A stretch of DNA of 36,231 bases from a virus (IMGVR_UViG_3300025015_000079:1-36231), one strand, 5' to 3'; shown: positions 1-7,475, counted from the stretch's first letter. A program made the numbers and translations. The notes: generated by a model from the letters alone, not told the origin.

Positions 1-253
1 GCTGGCATTGAACGCTATCCGCCTCTCGAGTTGGCCCGGAGAATCCGTCCTAGATCCGTTTATGGGTACGGGGACCGTCCTTCGCGCAGCTAAGGATCTC
101 GGACGCAAAGCCATCGGAATCGAGATCAACGAGGCGTATTGCGAGACGGCCGCAAATCGAATGCGGCAAGCGACGATGTTCGAGAACGCCCCTGCGATGC
201 CCGCCACGGTGGGCGCGGCGCAGCTGAGCATGCTGTCTGGAGGGAGCGAGTGA
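1..253 (+). CDS. DNA methyltransferase (N6-A/N4-C family), C-terminal part, truncated by the window edge
   Basis: SAM-binding motif VLDPFMGTGT followed by GRKAIGIEINEAYCETAANR. Confidence 0.9.
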   Translation, partial: LALNAIRLSSWPGESVLDPFMGTGTVLRAAKDLGRKAIGIEINEAYCETAANRMRQATMFENAPAMPATVGAAQLSMLSGGSE

Positions 254-336
254 GCACGACGAGACGGACCTTCAAGTACCGCATCTATCCCACGGCGGCT
301 CAGGCTATTGTGTTGGATCGTTGGTTGTGGCTGTGA
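250..336 (+). pseudogene. 28-aa remnant matching the N-terminal HTH of IS605-family TnpB
   Basis: VSTTRRTFKYRIYPTAAQAIVLDRWL resembles the TnpB start (RTFKYRIYPTxxQ...L); GTGA overlap upstream, GGAGG RBS, TGATG overlap downstream. Confidence 0.65.
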
Positions 337-554
337 TGCACAAGAACTTGCGCAATGCCGGCACGATCCTGAACGCTGCGCTGGCAAACGCCGTCGCGCG
401 GTCGCTTAACCACCTTCCCGGCGCGTGGCGGGACTGGGGCGTGATGAAGTCGTCGACGTGCCAGCGATGCCGTGCCTACGCCGTTGAAAGAACTGATGAC
501 GGCCTCGGCGTGACAGGACCAATGACGGTCGAGAAGTGTGGAGGGAAGAAGTAG
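336..554 (+). CDS. hypothetical protein with CxxC
   Basis: ATG overlaps upstream TGA; CQRC motif. Confidence 0.6.
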   Translation: MHKNLRNAGTILNAALANAVARSLNHLPGAWRDWGVMKSSTCQRCRAYAVERTDDGLGVTGPMTVEKCGGKK

Positions 555-719
555 ATGGCTGAGGTTTGTTCAGCTTGCGGTAAGAAGGTCGATATGACGA
601 TGTCATTCAGCGCGTCAGGTCCGGGCATCACGAAGCGGGAGCCGACGCCGCCTATCTGCCAGCCGTGCTTCAAGAAACGCACCGCCGCGCTACTGGCGAA
701 ACTGCGAGGGAAGAAGTGA
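555..719 (+). CDS. 54-aa Zn-finger protein (not in ORF track)
   Basis: MAEVCSACGKK...ICQPCFKK; abuts upstream TAG and overlaps next GTG. Confidence 0.65.
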   Translation: MAEVCSACGKKVDMTMSFSASGPGITKREPTPPICQPCFKKRTAALLAKLRGKK

Positions 720-898
720 ACGACGCAGAGCGTGACGCCCTTGTGAGATCGCATCTCACGATGGTCGAGTGGTACGTGCAGGACCAGGGCGAATTTCTTG
801 GGACAGTCGGCGCGATCAACGCCGCGCATCGGGAGGTCGAGGCCGTGCAGATGATCGACGCCGTGCTCGGGAAGTGTCCTGAGGCGACGGCCACATGA
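716..898 (+). CDS. hypothetical protein
   Basis: GTGA and ATGA coupling on both sides. Confidence 0.55.
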   Translation: MNDAERDALVRSHLTMVEWYVQDQGEFLGTVGAINAAHREVEAVQMIDAVLGKCPEATAT

Positions 899-1707
899 CG
901 GCACTCCGCGTGTTGTCGATGGGCTGGGGCCGTCAGACGTGGACGCTGGCCGCGATGATGGCGCTCGGCGAGCTGCCGCGCGTCGATTTCATCGTTCACG
1001 CCGACACGACCCACGAGCGCGAGGCCACCTACGCCTTCCGGCGCCAGTGGGAGCCGTGGCTGGGCGAGCACGGGCTGAAGGTCGTGACGGTTAGGGAACC
1101 CGTTACGACCCCCGTGCAGGTGTGGCGCAGTAAGACGGACGGCGTGATGATCCCGGCGTTCACCAGCGACCGTGAGACGGGCGAAGCGGGACAGGTTGGC
1201 CGACAGTGCACGATGATGTGGAAAGTGCGGCCGATCCGCCGCTTCATCCGCGAGGAGTTGGACCGGCGCAAGATTCAAGTGACCCCCGGCGTCGTCGAGT
1301 CGTGGCAGGGCATCTCACTAGACGAGTTTCAGCGGATGCGATCAAGCGACGTTGGGTACATCACGAACGTGTACCCGCTCGTCGATCGTCAGATGTCCCT
1401 CTCGGACTGCGTTACCTGGCTGGCATCGCGTTCCCTGCCGATTCCGCCGAAGTCGGCATGTGTGTTCTGTCCGTTCCACAAACTCGCTGACTGGCGAGCC
1501 CAGAAACGGGCGGGCGGCTCGGACTGGACCGAGGCGCTTGCGGTGGACAGCCTTATTCGCGAGAAGCGCACCAAGATGACGCTCTACGTCCATCCCGCCC
1601 GCAAGCCGCTGGCCGAGGCTGTCGCAATTCCCGAGGACTTCGGGGCGAGCCAGGCGACGTTGTTCGGCGAGGAAAACGCCTGTGATTCCGGGTACTGCAT
1701 GACATGA
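895..1707 (+). CDS. PAPS-reductase-like / adenine nucleotide alpha-hydrolase family protein
   Basis: PP-loop-like VLSMGWGRQT, HADT, QCT, GISLDE, YPL, PPKSACVFCPFH, terminal CDSGYC. Confidence 0.75.
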   Translation: MTALRVLSMGWGRQTWTLAAMMALGELPRVDFIVHADTTHEREATYAFRRQWEPWLGEHGLKVVTVREPVTTPVQVWRSKTDGVMIPAFTSDRETGEAGQVGRQCTMMWKVRPIRRFIREELDRRKIQVTPGVVESWQGISLDEFQRMRSSDVGYITNVYPLVDRQMSLSDCVTWLASRSLPIPPKSACVFCPFHKLADWRAQKRAGGSDWTEALAVDSLIREKRTKMTLYVHPARKPLAEAVAIPEDFGASQATLFGEENACDSGYCMT

Positions 1708-2162
1708 AACTCACCTTCACCGTGCGCTCGATTCCAGTGGCGTGGTCAAGGACCCGCATTGCGTGGAACCCGACCACTGGTGCCGTCCGCCCCTTCAACC
1801 GGGCGCAAATGACCGACTACGGGCACCTGGTGGCAACCGCGGCCGCCATCGCCGCCCGCGAGCAGGGATGGCGCATGGTGCCTCAGGGCGTGCCCGTGAC
1901 GCTCACGGTGACCGCGTACCTGCCGATCCCGGCGAGCACGAGCAAGCGGAAGGCTCTCGCGATGATCGGGACGCCGTGTACTGTCAAGCCCGATCTGGAG
2001 AACGTCGCGTACAAGCTGATCGCAGACGTGCTCCAGAAACCGGACGGCAGAAGGCCGCGGGCCGGGGTGATCTTCGACGACGGCCAGATATGGCGGGGCG
2101 TGATCGAGAAGTATTGGACGCGGGTAGAGGATGCAAGGGTGGTCGTGGAGGTAGAGGCGTGA
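1704..2162 (+). CDS. rusA: RusA-family Holliday junction resolvase
   Basis: KPDLEN..K...D and IFDDGQI catalytic motifs; YLPIPAS-SK. Confidence 0.85.
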   Translation: MKLTFTVRSIPVAWSRTRIAWNPTTGAVRPFNRAQMTDYGHLVATAAAIAAREQGWRMVPQGVPVTLTVTAYLPIPASTSKRKALAMIGTPCTVKPDLENVAYKLIADVLQKPDGRRPRAGVIFDDGQIWRGVIEKYWTRVEDARVVVEVEA

Positions 2163-2536
2163 AGGAATTTGATCTTGGAACCGTTCTGTCGATCACACAT
2201 GATCGGCTGTTGGCCCCGAAAGGCATTGATGGCGTCTACGAAATCCTCAACTACATGACGAACTCGGAATTGTGGACACACCAACTACCGAACGCCGCCC
2301 GTAAATGCGCCCCGGTGATCTTCGGACAACATCCGTGGCTCCGAGACGTGTCCGTGGATGGAATTGTCCACGACAACTGGCAGGAACGAATGGCCGCGCT
2401 CAAGGCGGCGCATGGCGACACCGTCGCACTCGAACCGCTGCCGCCCGACGACCACCTGACAACGAACCCATTCCGAGACCTGCCGGAAGGCGTGCCCGTG
2501 ATTCCGGTCATCGTGGATGGGGAGACGCCCGCATGA
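2159..2536 (+). CDS. conserved phage hypothetical protein
   Basis: GTGA overlap; FDLGTVLSITHDRLL...VYEILNYMT...LWTHQLP reads as a globular protein. Confidence 0.7.
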   Translation: MKEFDLGTVLSITHDRLLAPKGIDGVYEILNYMTNSELWTHQLPNAARKCAPVIFGQHPWLRDVSVDGIVHDNWQERMAALKAAHGDTVALEPLPPDDHLTTNPFRDLPEGVPVIPVIVDGETPA

Positions 2537-2685
2537 CGACAGAGACCGTGATCGACAGCGAGCACATCGACATCGGCGCGTGTGCGGCAGACAGCCAGTG
2601 CCGGTACTGCCCCGCGTGCGGCGGCGTCTGGCGGCACGCTGATTCAGGACGCCACGTATGCCGCAAGGAGGCTCCGGATGCCTGA
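2533..2685 (+). CDS. small Cys-rich protein
   Basis: ATGA overlap, GGAG RBS, CPACGG. Confidence 0.55.
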   Translation: MTTETVIDSEHIDIGACAADSQCRYCPACGGVWRHADSGRHVCRKEAPDA

Positions 2686-3025
2686 GACAGAGAAGGCCCC
2701 CAGCAAGGAAGCGCTGGCACGAGCTGACGCCATCGTGGCGACCTACAAAATCGTCGCCGCCGCGGTGCGCCGACGGCATCTTGTAGACAATCTGGCGAGG
2801 GAGCTAGAGGCGTTCGCGGCCGGGGCGCGCATGCAGGAAGTTGACCGCACGATTGTCGATCTAGCGGCCTTGGTGACCGACCGCGACGCCCTCCGCGAGC
2901 GCAACCGGGCGCTGGTGGCGGCGCTGCGAGCGATCGCCGATGGCGAGGTGGGCGTTCGCCTGATAGCCCGCGCTGCGCTGGCCGCGGACGCCAAGGCCGG
3001 GGAGGACGCAGATGACCAACGCTGA
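2678..3025 (+). CDS. hypothetical coiled-coil protein
   Basis: AAGGAGG RBS; Ala/Leu/Arg heptad pattern. Confidence 0.6.
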   Translation: MPETEKAPSKEALARADAIVATYKIVAAAVRRRHLVDNLARELEAFAAGARMQEVDRTIVDLAALVTDRDALRERNRALVAALRAIADGEVGVRLIARAALAADAKAGEDADDQR

Positions 3026-3164
3026 CCCGCTGATTGAGCGATACGAGCGGCTGTCGATTGGCGACACGATGGTTCGAGACGGCCACGAACTCATGTGGGA
3101 CGGCGGACAGTGGAAGCACTCGCCGGACTGCCACGACGACGCGCCAGATGGGATTGAGGTATGA
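3012..3164 (+). CDS. 50-aa hypothetical protein (not in ORF track)
   Basis: GGAGG RBS; MTNADPLIERYERLSIGD...; ends in ATGA overlap. Confidence 0.55.
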   Translation: MTNADPLIERYERLSIGDTMVRDGHELMWDGGQWKHSPDCHDDAPDGIEV

Positions 3165-3742
3165 CCACCACCACCGCCGCCCTGATCGCTGAGGCCAAGC
3201 GGCTAGACGCCGAGGCGACGCCGGGACCGTGGGTCGTCAACGAGAATGACGACGACCGTATCGTGCAGCCCGGTATCACTCGAAAAGGTGACGGCACACC
3301 GAAACGGTTACGCAGACGAGACATGCCAATCGTAGCGATAACGCCGGATGGAGCCTGCGGTGACCCTGAGTGCTGTTCACAGGGGGAATCACTGTCGGTG
3401 TTCCCTGCCGACGCCGCCTTCATCGCCCGTTCCCGCACGCTGCTCCCGCAACTGGCCGACGCACTCGTGGCACTAGAGGGCCAAAGTGCAGCACGACTAG
3501 CAGGTTGGAACAACGAGGCCATCCGTAGGCAGGACGCGGAGGCGAGGCTGGCGAAGGTGCTACCGCTGGCAGTCGACACCATCCAAGTAGTCCGCGGTGG
3601 AGAGTGGGTCGGCGGTAAACGGTGCCGCTCTTGTTACGCAGAATGGGCAGACGGTTACACGTCCCAAGGCCATGCCTACAGCGAGCCGCGGACATGCGCC
3701 CCCGACTGCCCCGCACGCCCGATGGAGCCGACCGATGGATAA
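3161..3742 (+). CDS. Ead/Ea22-like protein
   Basis: AEATPGPW ... DAAFIARSR..LP.L signature; C-terminal CxxC...C. Confidence 0.65.
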   Translation: MTTTTAALIAEAKRLDAEATPGPWVVNENDDDRIVQPGITRKGDGTPKRLRRRDMPIVAITPDGACGDPECCSQGESLSVFPADAAFIARSRTLLPQLADALVALEGQSAARLAGWNNEAIRRQDAEARLAKVLPLAVDTIQVVRGGEWVGGKRCRSCYAEWADGYTSQGHAYSEPRTCAPDCPARPMEPTDG

Positions 3743-4535
3743 GCGTCAACAATTCGTGCGCGCCGTGGCTGATCTTGCCGCGTCGCTCTACGACTTCCAT
3801 GAGCGATGGGGATTCGGCAGCTTCAACCCCCGCGACCTTCGAGACGTGTTCGCAGAGCGATACCGGATTCTCGACGAGGAAATCCTTGAATTCCGTATCG
3901 AGATCGACGCAGACCATCGAAGGCGTGCCGCTGAGGAAATCGCCGATGTGCTATTCGCGGCTTTAGGGGATGCAGAACTTCTGACCGACGACGCGATCAC
4001 GGCCCTGCACATCGTCGCCGCCAAGAATCGGGCCAAGACTATGAAGACCCACGCCGTCGCTCCATCCGGCAAGTTGCTCCCGCTGGCCGATGACAAGGCT
4101 GCCAAGTGGGCCGGGATGGAGGATGCCCGCGCCGCCGCAATCGAACGAGACGGTAAGCAGTGCAGGCACGAGTACCGCTACTACCCGACAGACAGGGAAA
4201 AGTGGTGCCACAAATGCCGCTTGACCTTCGCGATGGTGGCGCAAGACGCAGGACGCCCCGATGACTACCGCTAGCGCACGCCCGATGGAGCCGGGGACGT
4301 GAGCACCAGCAGATGCCCGTTCTGCGGTAACGCCGGGTGGATACTCGATAGCCGCACCGACCGTTACCCGATCAGCCTCGAATTGATCGCCTGTATTTAC
4401 CCGGAATGTTCCGTGAGCGGGCGAGCGGTCGCGCAACTATCCGTCATTGGCCCCAAGTTCACGTCGGTGGCCGAACACCCCACGGAAGGGTATGTGATGA
4501 GCCTGTCGAAGCCGTTGAGCGCACGCCCGATGGAG
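3712..4535 (+). repeat. three direct repeats CGCACGCCCGATGGAG(CCG) at gene junctions
   Basis: 19-bp identical copies at 3712-3730 and 4275-4293, 16-bp copy at 4520-4535; each includes the GGAG RBS of the next gene. Confidence 0.85.
3735..4274 (+). CDS. MazG-like nucleotide pyrophosphohydrolase with C-terminal Zn ribbon
   Basis: DFHERWG, LDEEILEF, EEIADVLF, VAAKN acidic metal-binding pattern; CRH...CHKC tail. Confidence 0.7.
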   Translation: MDKRQQFVRAVADLAASLYDFHERWGFGSFNPRDLRDVFAERYRILDEEILEFRIEIDADHRRRAAEEIADVLFAALGDAELLTDDAITALHIVAAKNRAKTMKTHAVAPSGKLLPLADDKAAKWAGMEDARAAAIERDGKQCRHEYRYYPTDREKWCHKCRLTFAMVAQDAGRPDDYR

Positions 4536-4544
4536 GACGCATGA
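4299..4544 (+). CDS. hypothetical protein with CPFCG
   Basis: start follows repeat-borne RBS; ATGA overlap downstream. Confidence 0.6.
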   Translation: MSTSRCPFCGNAGWILDSRTDRYPISLELIACIYPECSVSGRAVAQLSVIGPKFTSVAEHPTEGYVMSLSKPLSARPMEDA

Positions 4545-4684
4545 CGAGCTTTACCGATCCCGTGACGATGCCTTTATGGGTGCTGCTATTAGCGGGCATC
4601 GCTTTCAGCTTTGCGTCGGCCGTGGTTAACGAGATCATTGGGGCGATACGCCGCTATCTACACGGAGACGACGTCCATGCCTGA
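4541..4684 (+). CDS. small single-TM membrane protein
   Basis: LWVLLLAGIAFSFASAVV; GGAGG RBS. Confidence 0.6.
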   Translation: MTSFTDPVTMPLWVLLLAGIAFSFASAVVNEIIGAIRRYLHGDDVHA

Positions 4685-4994
4685 GCCCACGCCCACCCGC
4701 GTCCAGCGTCGTCGGACGAAAGGCTGGCGTATGCCGCCGAACACGGTGTATGTCGGGCGTCCGTCGAAGTGGGGCAACCGCTACGAGGTAGGCACGATTG
4801 TGCCAGCCGCGAGCGATCTACCGATTCCCAACCGTGAGACAGCCAAGATTCTCTATGAGGACTTGGTAATCCGTTACGACCGCGTTCTAGAGGCCGAAGC
4901 TATCCTGGAACTGCACGGTAAGAATCTCGCCTGCTGGTGCCCGCTCGACGAGCCCTGCCACGCCGACGTTCTACTGGAGATCGCTAATGCCTGA
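4677..4994 (+). CDS. DUF4326 family protein
   Basis: VYVGRPSKWGN ... LHGKNLACWCP..PCHADVLLEIAN. Confidence 0.85.
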   Translation: MPEPTPTRVQRRRTKGWRMPPNTVYVGRPSKWGNRYEVGTIVPAASDLPIPNRETAKILYEDLVIRYDRVLEAEAILELHGKNLACWCPLDEPCHADVLLEIANA

Positions 4995-5178
4995 CACGAA
5001 GCCCACGCCCACGGTGGTAGACAGCGACCGCAAGATCGCCCGCACGTGGTATCGCACAGGCCGCGGCATCTCCATCGGCAGCGTCACGGACATGATGGCC
5101 GAGATCGCCGCGGCTCGTGAGGCGTGGGGCGTGCCCCGCGAGGTGTTTCAGGCCGCGACGCAAATCACTGACCGATGA
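4987..5178 (+). CDS. hypothetical protein
   Basis: GGAG RBS, overlap with upstream stop. Confidence 0.5.
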   Translation: MPDTKPTPTVVDSDRKIARTWYRTGRGISIGSVTDMMAEIAAAREAWGVPREVFQAATQITDR

Positions 5179-5194
5179 AATCACCGAGGCCGCG

Positions 5195-5374
5195 ATGGCT
5201 ACGGCCCACCGCGCCGACGCGGTCGCCGCGCTCGTGGAGGCGGGACAGCGATTCGTCGAAAACGATTCGTGGTGCGCGAGCCTAGCGGCCCACGATGCCA
5301 CGCAGGCAGATTGCGCCTGCGGCTACGTGGCGTTGCGCGCCGCCCTGGAGCGCGTGAAGGGAGAGAGCGAGTGA
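5195..5374 (+). CDS. hypothetical protein
   Basis: GAGG RBS before ATG 5195; H....DCACG motif; GTGA overlap downstream. Confidence 0.5.
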   Translation: MATAHRADAVAALVEAGQRFVENDSWCASLAAHDATQADCACGYVALRAALERVKGESE

Positions 5375-5604
5375 CACGAATCAGCGAGGCCGACCTCTCC
5401 CACGCCGCGTTGCGCCAGACCGTCCACGGCAACTGGTACATCGCGGCGAACGATGGCAGCGGCCTCGAATGGGGCTACTTCGACTCGCAGGGCGCTGCCC
5501 TTACCTTCGTCGGCAAGTATGCACGTCGTATGTCTGCGCTATCCGTGGAGTTGCGACGGCTTGGGCTGTCGGTGGCGTCGGCGACGCCGGAGAAGGCGCG
5601 CTAA
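5371..5604 (+). CDS. hypothetical protein, last gene of the + operon
   Basis: GTGA overlap; its stop overlaps the convergent tatC stop. Confidence 0.55.
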   Translation: MTRISEADLSHAALRQTVHGNWYIAANDGSGLEWGYFDSQGAALTFVGKYARRMSALSVELRRLGLSVASATPEKAR

Positions 5605-6569
5605 GGCTTCGTGGAGCGCGCGAGGTCCGCCGCCCTCGTAATCACCTCACGCGCCCACCTGACCGCCCTGTCCAGCCACGCCTGCACCTCGACAGGCAAG
5701 CGGCCGTCCCAGACGAACACGATCACGTAGGCCAGCCCGCCGAGCGCCAGCGCCAGCAGCACCGCGAGCACGAGCCAGCGCCGCCGCCAGACCCCGGCCA
5801 CCACCGCCTTAGCCTTCTGCGCGCACGTCCTGTGACCCGCCTCCCGTGGCCGCGCCAGCCACGCACCGATCAGCCCGACCTCGTACAGCACGAAGATCGG
5901 ACCCGCCATCATCGCCTGATTCACGGGGTCGAACGTGGGGGTCAGGATCGCGCCCAGGATGAGGGCCGCTACGAAGACGTACCACCTGAGCCCCCTGAGT
6001 TGCCGGGATGAGGTGAGTCGCATCTTCGCCAGCAGGAACATCGCCAGCGGTATCTGGAACACGACGCCCATCCAGAAGGTCAGCGCCCACAGGAGTCTCA
6101 GGTACTCCGTGATAGCGATCAACGGGACCGCGACTCCATTGCCGAAGCTGAGCAGGAACCTCAGTCCGGTGGGGAGCATCACGTAGTAGGCGAACGCGGC
6201 CCCGACGATCCAGCACGCGAGGGCCACGGGGATGAATATGCGGATGAACCGCCGAACGTGAGACGGAATCCACTGGCTTACGAGGGTGTAGAGACTGATC
6301 GCCGCGACCGGGAGCGCAGCGATAACCCCTCCCCGCATGGAAACATAGAGCGTAGCGCCGAACATCTCTGTCGGCGCGATGAAGATTGGCAGCCCCTCGT
6401 AAGGGGAGAGCATTCCCCCGGCCGGGACGAGCAGGAACTGATAGATAGCCTCGCGGAACTGCCAGGTTGCGCTACTGCCGAGCCCGAAGGCTGCGAAGAC
6501 AATCCAGCAGCGCCAGTGGAGGCGCTTGCCGAAGCGACGGCCCGCGTCCCAGCCAGGGACGCTCGGCAT
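5601..6569 (-). CDS. tatC: TatC-family twin-arginine translocase subunit, divergent, with an extra C-terminal TM helix
   Basis: six-TM TatC pattern: LIFIAPTEMF-like loop, GAAFAYYVMLP..LRFLL, ITEYL, GVVFQIP, AILTPTFDPVNQ...P...LYEVG. Confidence 0.93.
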   Translation of the reverse strand: MPSVPGWDAGRRFGKRLHWRCWIVFAAFGLGSSATWQFREAIYQFLLVPAGGMLSPYEGLPIFIAPTEMFGATLYVSMRGGVIAALPVAAISLYTLVSQWIPSHVRRFIRIFIPVALACWIVGAAFAYYVMLPTGLRFLLSFGNGVAVPLIAITEYLRLLWALTFWMGVVFQIPLAMFLLAKMRLTSSRQLRGLRWYVFVAALILGAILTPTFDPVNQAMMAGPIFVLYEVGLIGAWLARPREAGHRTCAQKAKAVVAGVWRRRWLVLAVLLALALGGLAYVIVFVWDGRLPVEVQAWLDRAVRWAREVITRAADLARSTKP

Positions 6570-6706
6570 TAGGACGCCGAGGGCTTGTCAGCCTTCTTGA
6601 AGCGGCTGAGGAACTTCCGGCTGGAGCTGATCGCGACGGCCAGGATCAGAAAAGCGGCGATGCAGCCGACGATTATCAGAAGTTCTTGAGGACCCATACC
6701 GAACAT
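6569..6706 (-). CDS. tatA: 45-aa TatA/TatB-like single-TM protein (not in ORF track)
   Basis: MFGMGPQELLIIVGCIAAFLILAVAISSSRKFLSRFKKADKPSAS; AGGAG RBS; TAATG overlap with tatC start; lacks the FG hinge. Confidence 0.7.
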   Translation of the reverse strand: MFGMGPQELLIIVGCIAAFLILAVAISSSRKFLSRFKKADKPSAS

Positions 6707-6717
6707 CTTGCACTCTC

Positions 6718-6951
6718 CTACAGGCGCTCAAGCATCTTGAGCACACTACTTGAACGCATCCGCCGCACCATGCCGTGCATGCCGGCCTTTGTCGTGATCG
6801 CCGTCCACGTGAGGATTCCGACACCCGCCTGTGCCAGATCGGGCACGAGGCCGGTCGCCTCCCCGAAAAGGTACTTCGTCCCCCGCACCGCGACGAACGA
6901 GCCAAAGATGGAGACGAAGATGATACGTAGGAGCCAGCCCAGCGGTGACAT
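6718..6951 (-). CDS. 77-aa two-TM membrane protein (holin-like topology)
   Basis: LGWLLRIIFVSIFGSFVAV and a second hydrophobic stretch LAQAGVGILTWTAI; basic C-terminus. Confidence 0.55.
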   Translation of the reverse strand: MSPLGWLLRIIFVSIFGSFVAVRGTKYLFGEATGLVPDLAQAGVGILTWTAITTKAGMHGMVRRMRSSSVLKMLERL

Positions 6952-6955
6952 TCGG

Positions 6956-7243
6956 CTACGCCTTCTTGTCCTCAAGCCCATCCAGGACACCTCGAATCAT
7001 CCCAGCGCCCTTACGGAGATAGTGCTCGCCCATGATCTTGATCGGCTGGAACCCCGCCTTCTTGGCGCGCTCGAAGACGTCGCGGAGCTCTTCACGGAAC
7101 TCCTCTGGGGTCGTGGGCAAAGACCGCACCGCCTTGGTCTCGGACTTCGCCTCCCCAGCCGGTACAGCCACAGGCTCGACTGCTGCGGGGGGGGCCGGTG
7201 CCTCCGCGGTCGCGGTCTTCGTCGTCGCGTCAGCCTTCACCAT
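6956..7243 (-). CDS. hypothetical protein (Ala/Pro-rich N-terminus, amphipathic C-terminus)
   Basis: AAGGGA RBS; typical codon usage. Confidence 0.7.
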   Translation of the reverse strand: MVKADATTKTATAEAPAPPAAVEPVAVPAGEAKSETKAVRSLPTTPEEFREELRDVFERAKKAGFQPIKIMGEHYLRKGAGMIRGVLDGLEDKKA

Positions 7244-7272
7244 AGGAATGTCCCTTCTGAGTCACAGCGCAC

Positions 7273-7278
7273 ATTGTA
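7273..7278 (-). promoter_or_regulatory. candidate -10 box for the four-gene tat cassette
   Basis: TACAAT in a 50-bp intergenic gap; no good -35. Confidence 0.35.
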
Positions 7279-7293
7279 TAGGTGTTGGCGCGA

Positions 7294-7473
7294 CTAGGCC
7301 GCTGGCGTATCGGCCGCGGCTGGCTTCGGGCACTTCGCATGCTCGGCTTGGGTCTCCACGTACTGCCGCGTGAGAGAGGCGTTCACCATCTTGAGGTTGG
7401 TGTTCTCGTCCTGAAGGCTGCGGATCACCGCGTGCAAGTCCTGCGCGGTCACGTTGATCGTGTTCTGTGACAT
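7294..7473 (-). CDS. 59-aa coiled-coil protein (not in ORF track)
   Basis: MSQNTINVTAQDLHAVIRSLQDENTNLK...; starts 2 nt after the upstream stop. Confidence 0.6.
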   Translation of the reverse strand: MSQNTINVTAQDLHAVIRSLQDENTNLKMVNASLTRQYVETQAEHAKCPKPAAADTPAA

Positions 7474-7475
7474 CT

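Noticed and set aside
4987-5374. Frameshift joining 4987-5178 with the next ORF
   Set aside because: The downstream ORF has its own plausible GAGG plus ATG at 5195 and there is no slippery sequence
5601-6706. tatA/tatC as flanking host chromosome at a prophage boundary
   Set aside because: Phage genes lie on both sides, the genes are co-oriented and closely spaced with the late operon, and no integrase or att site is visible
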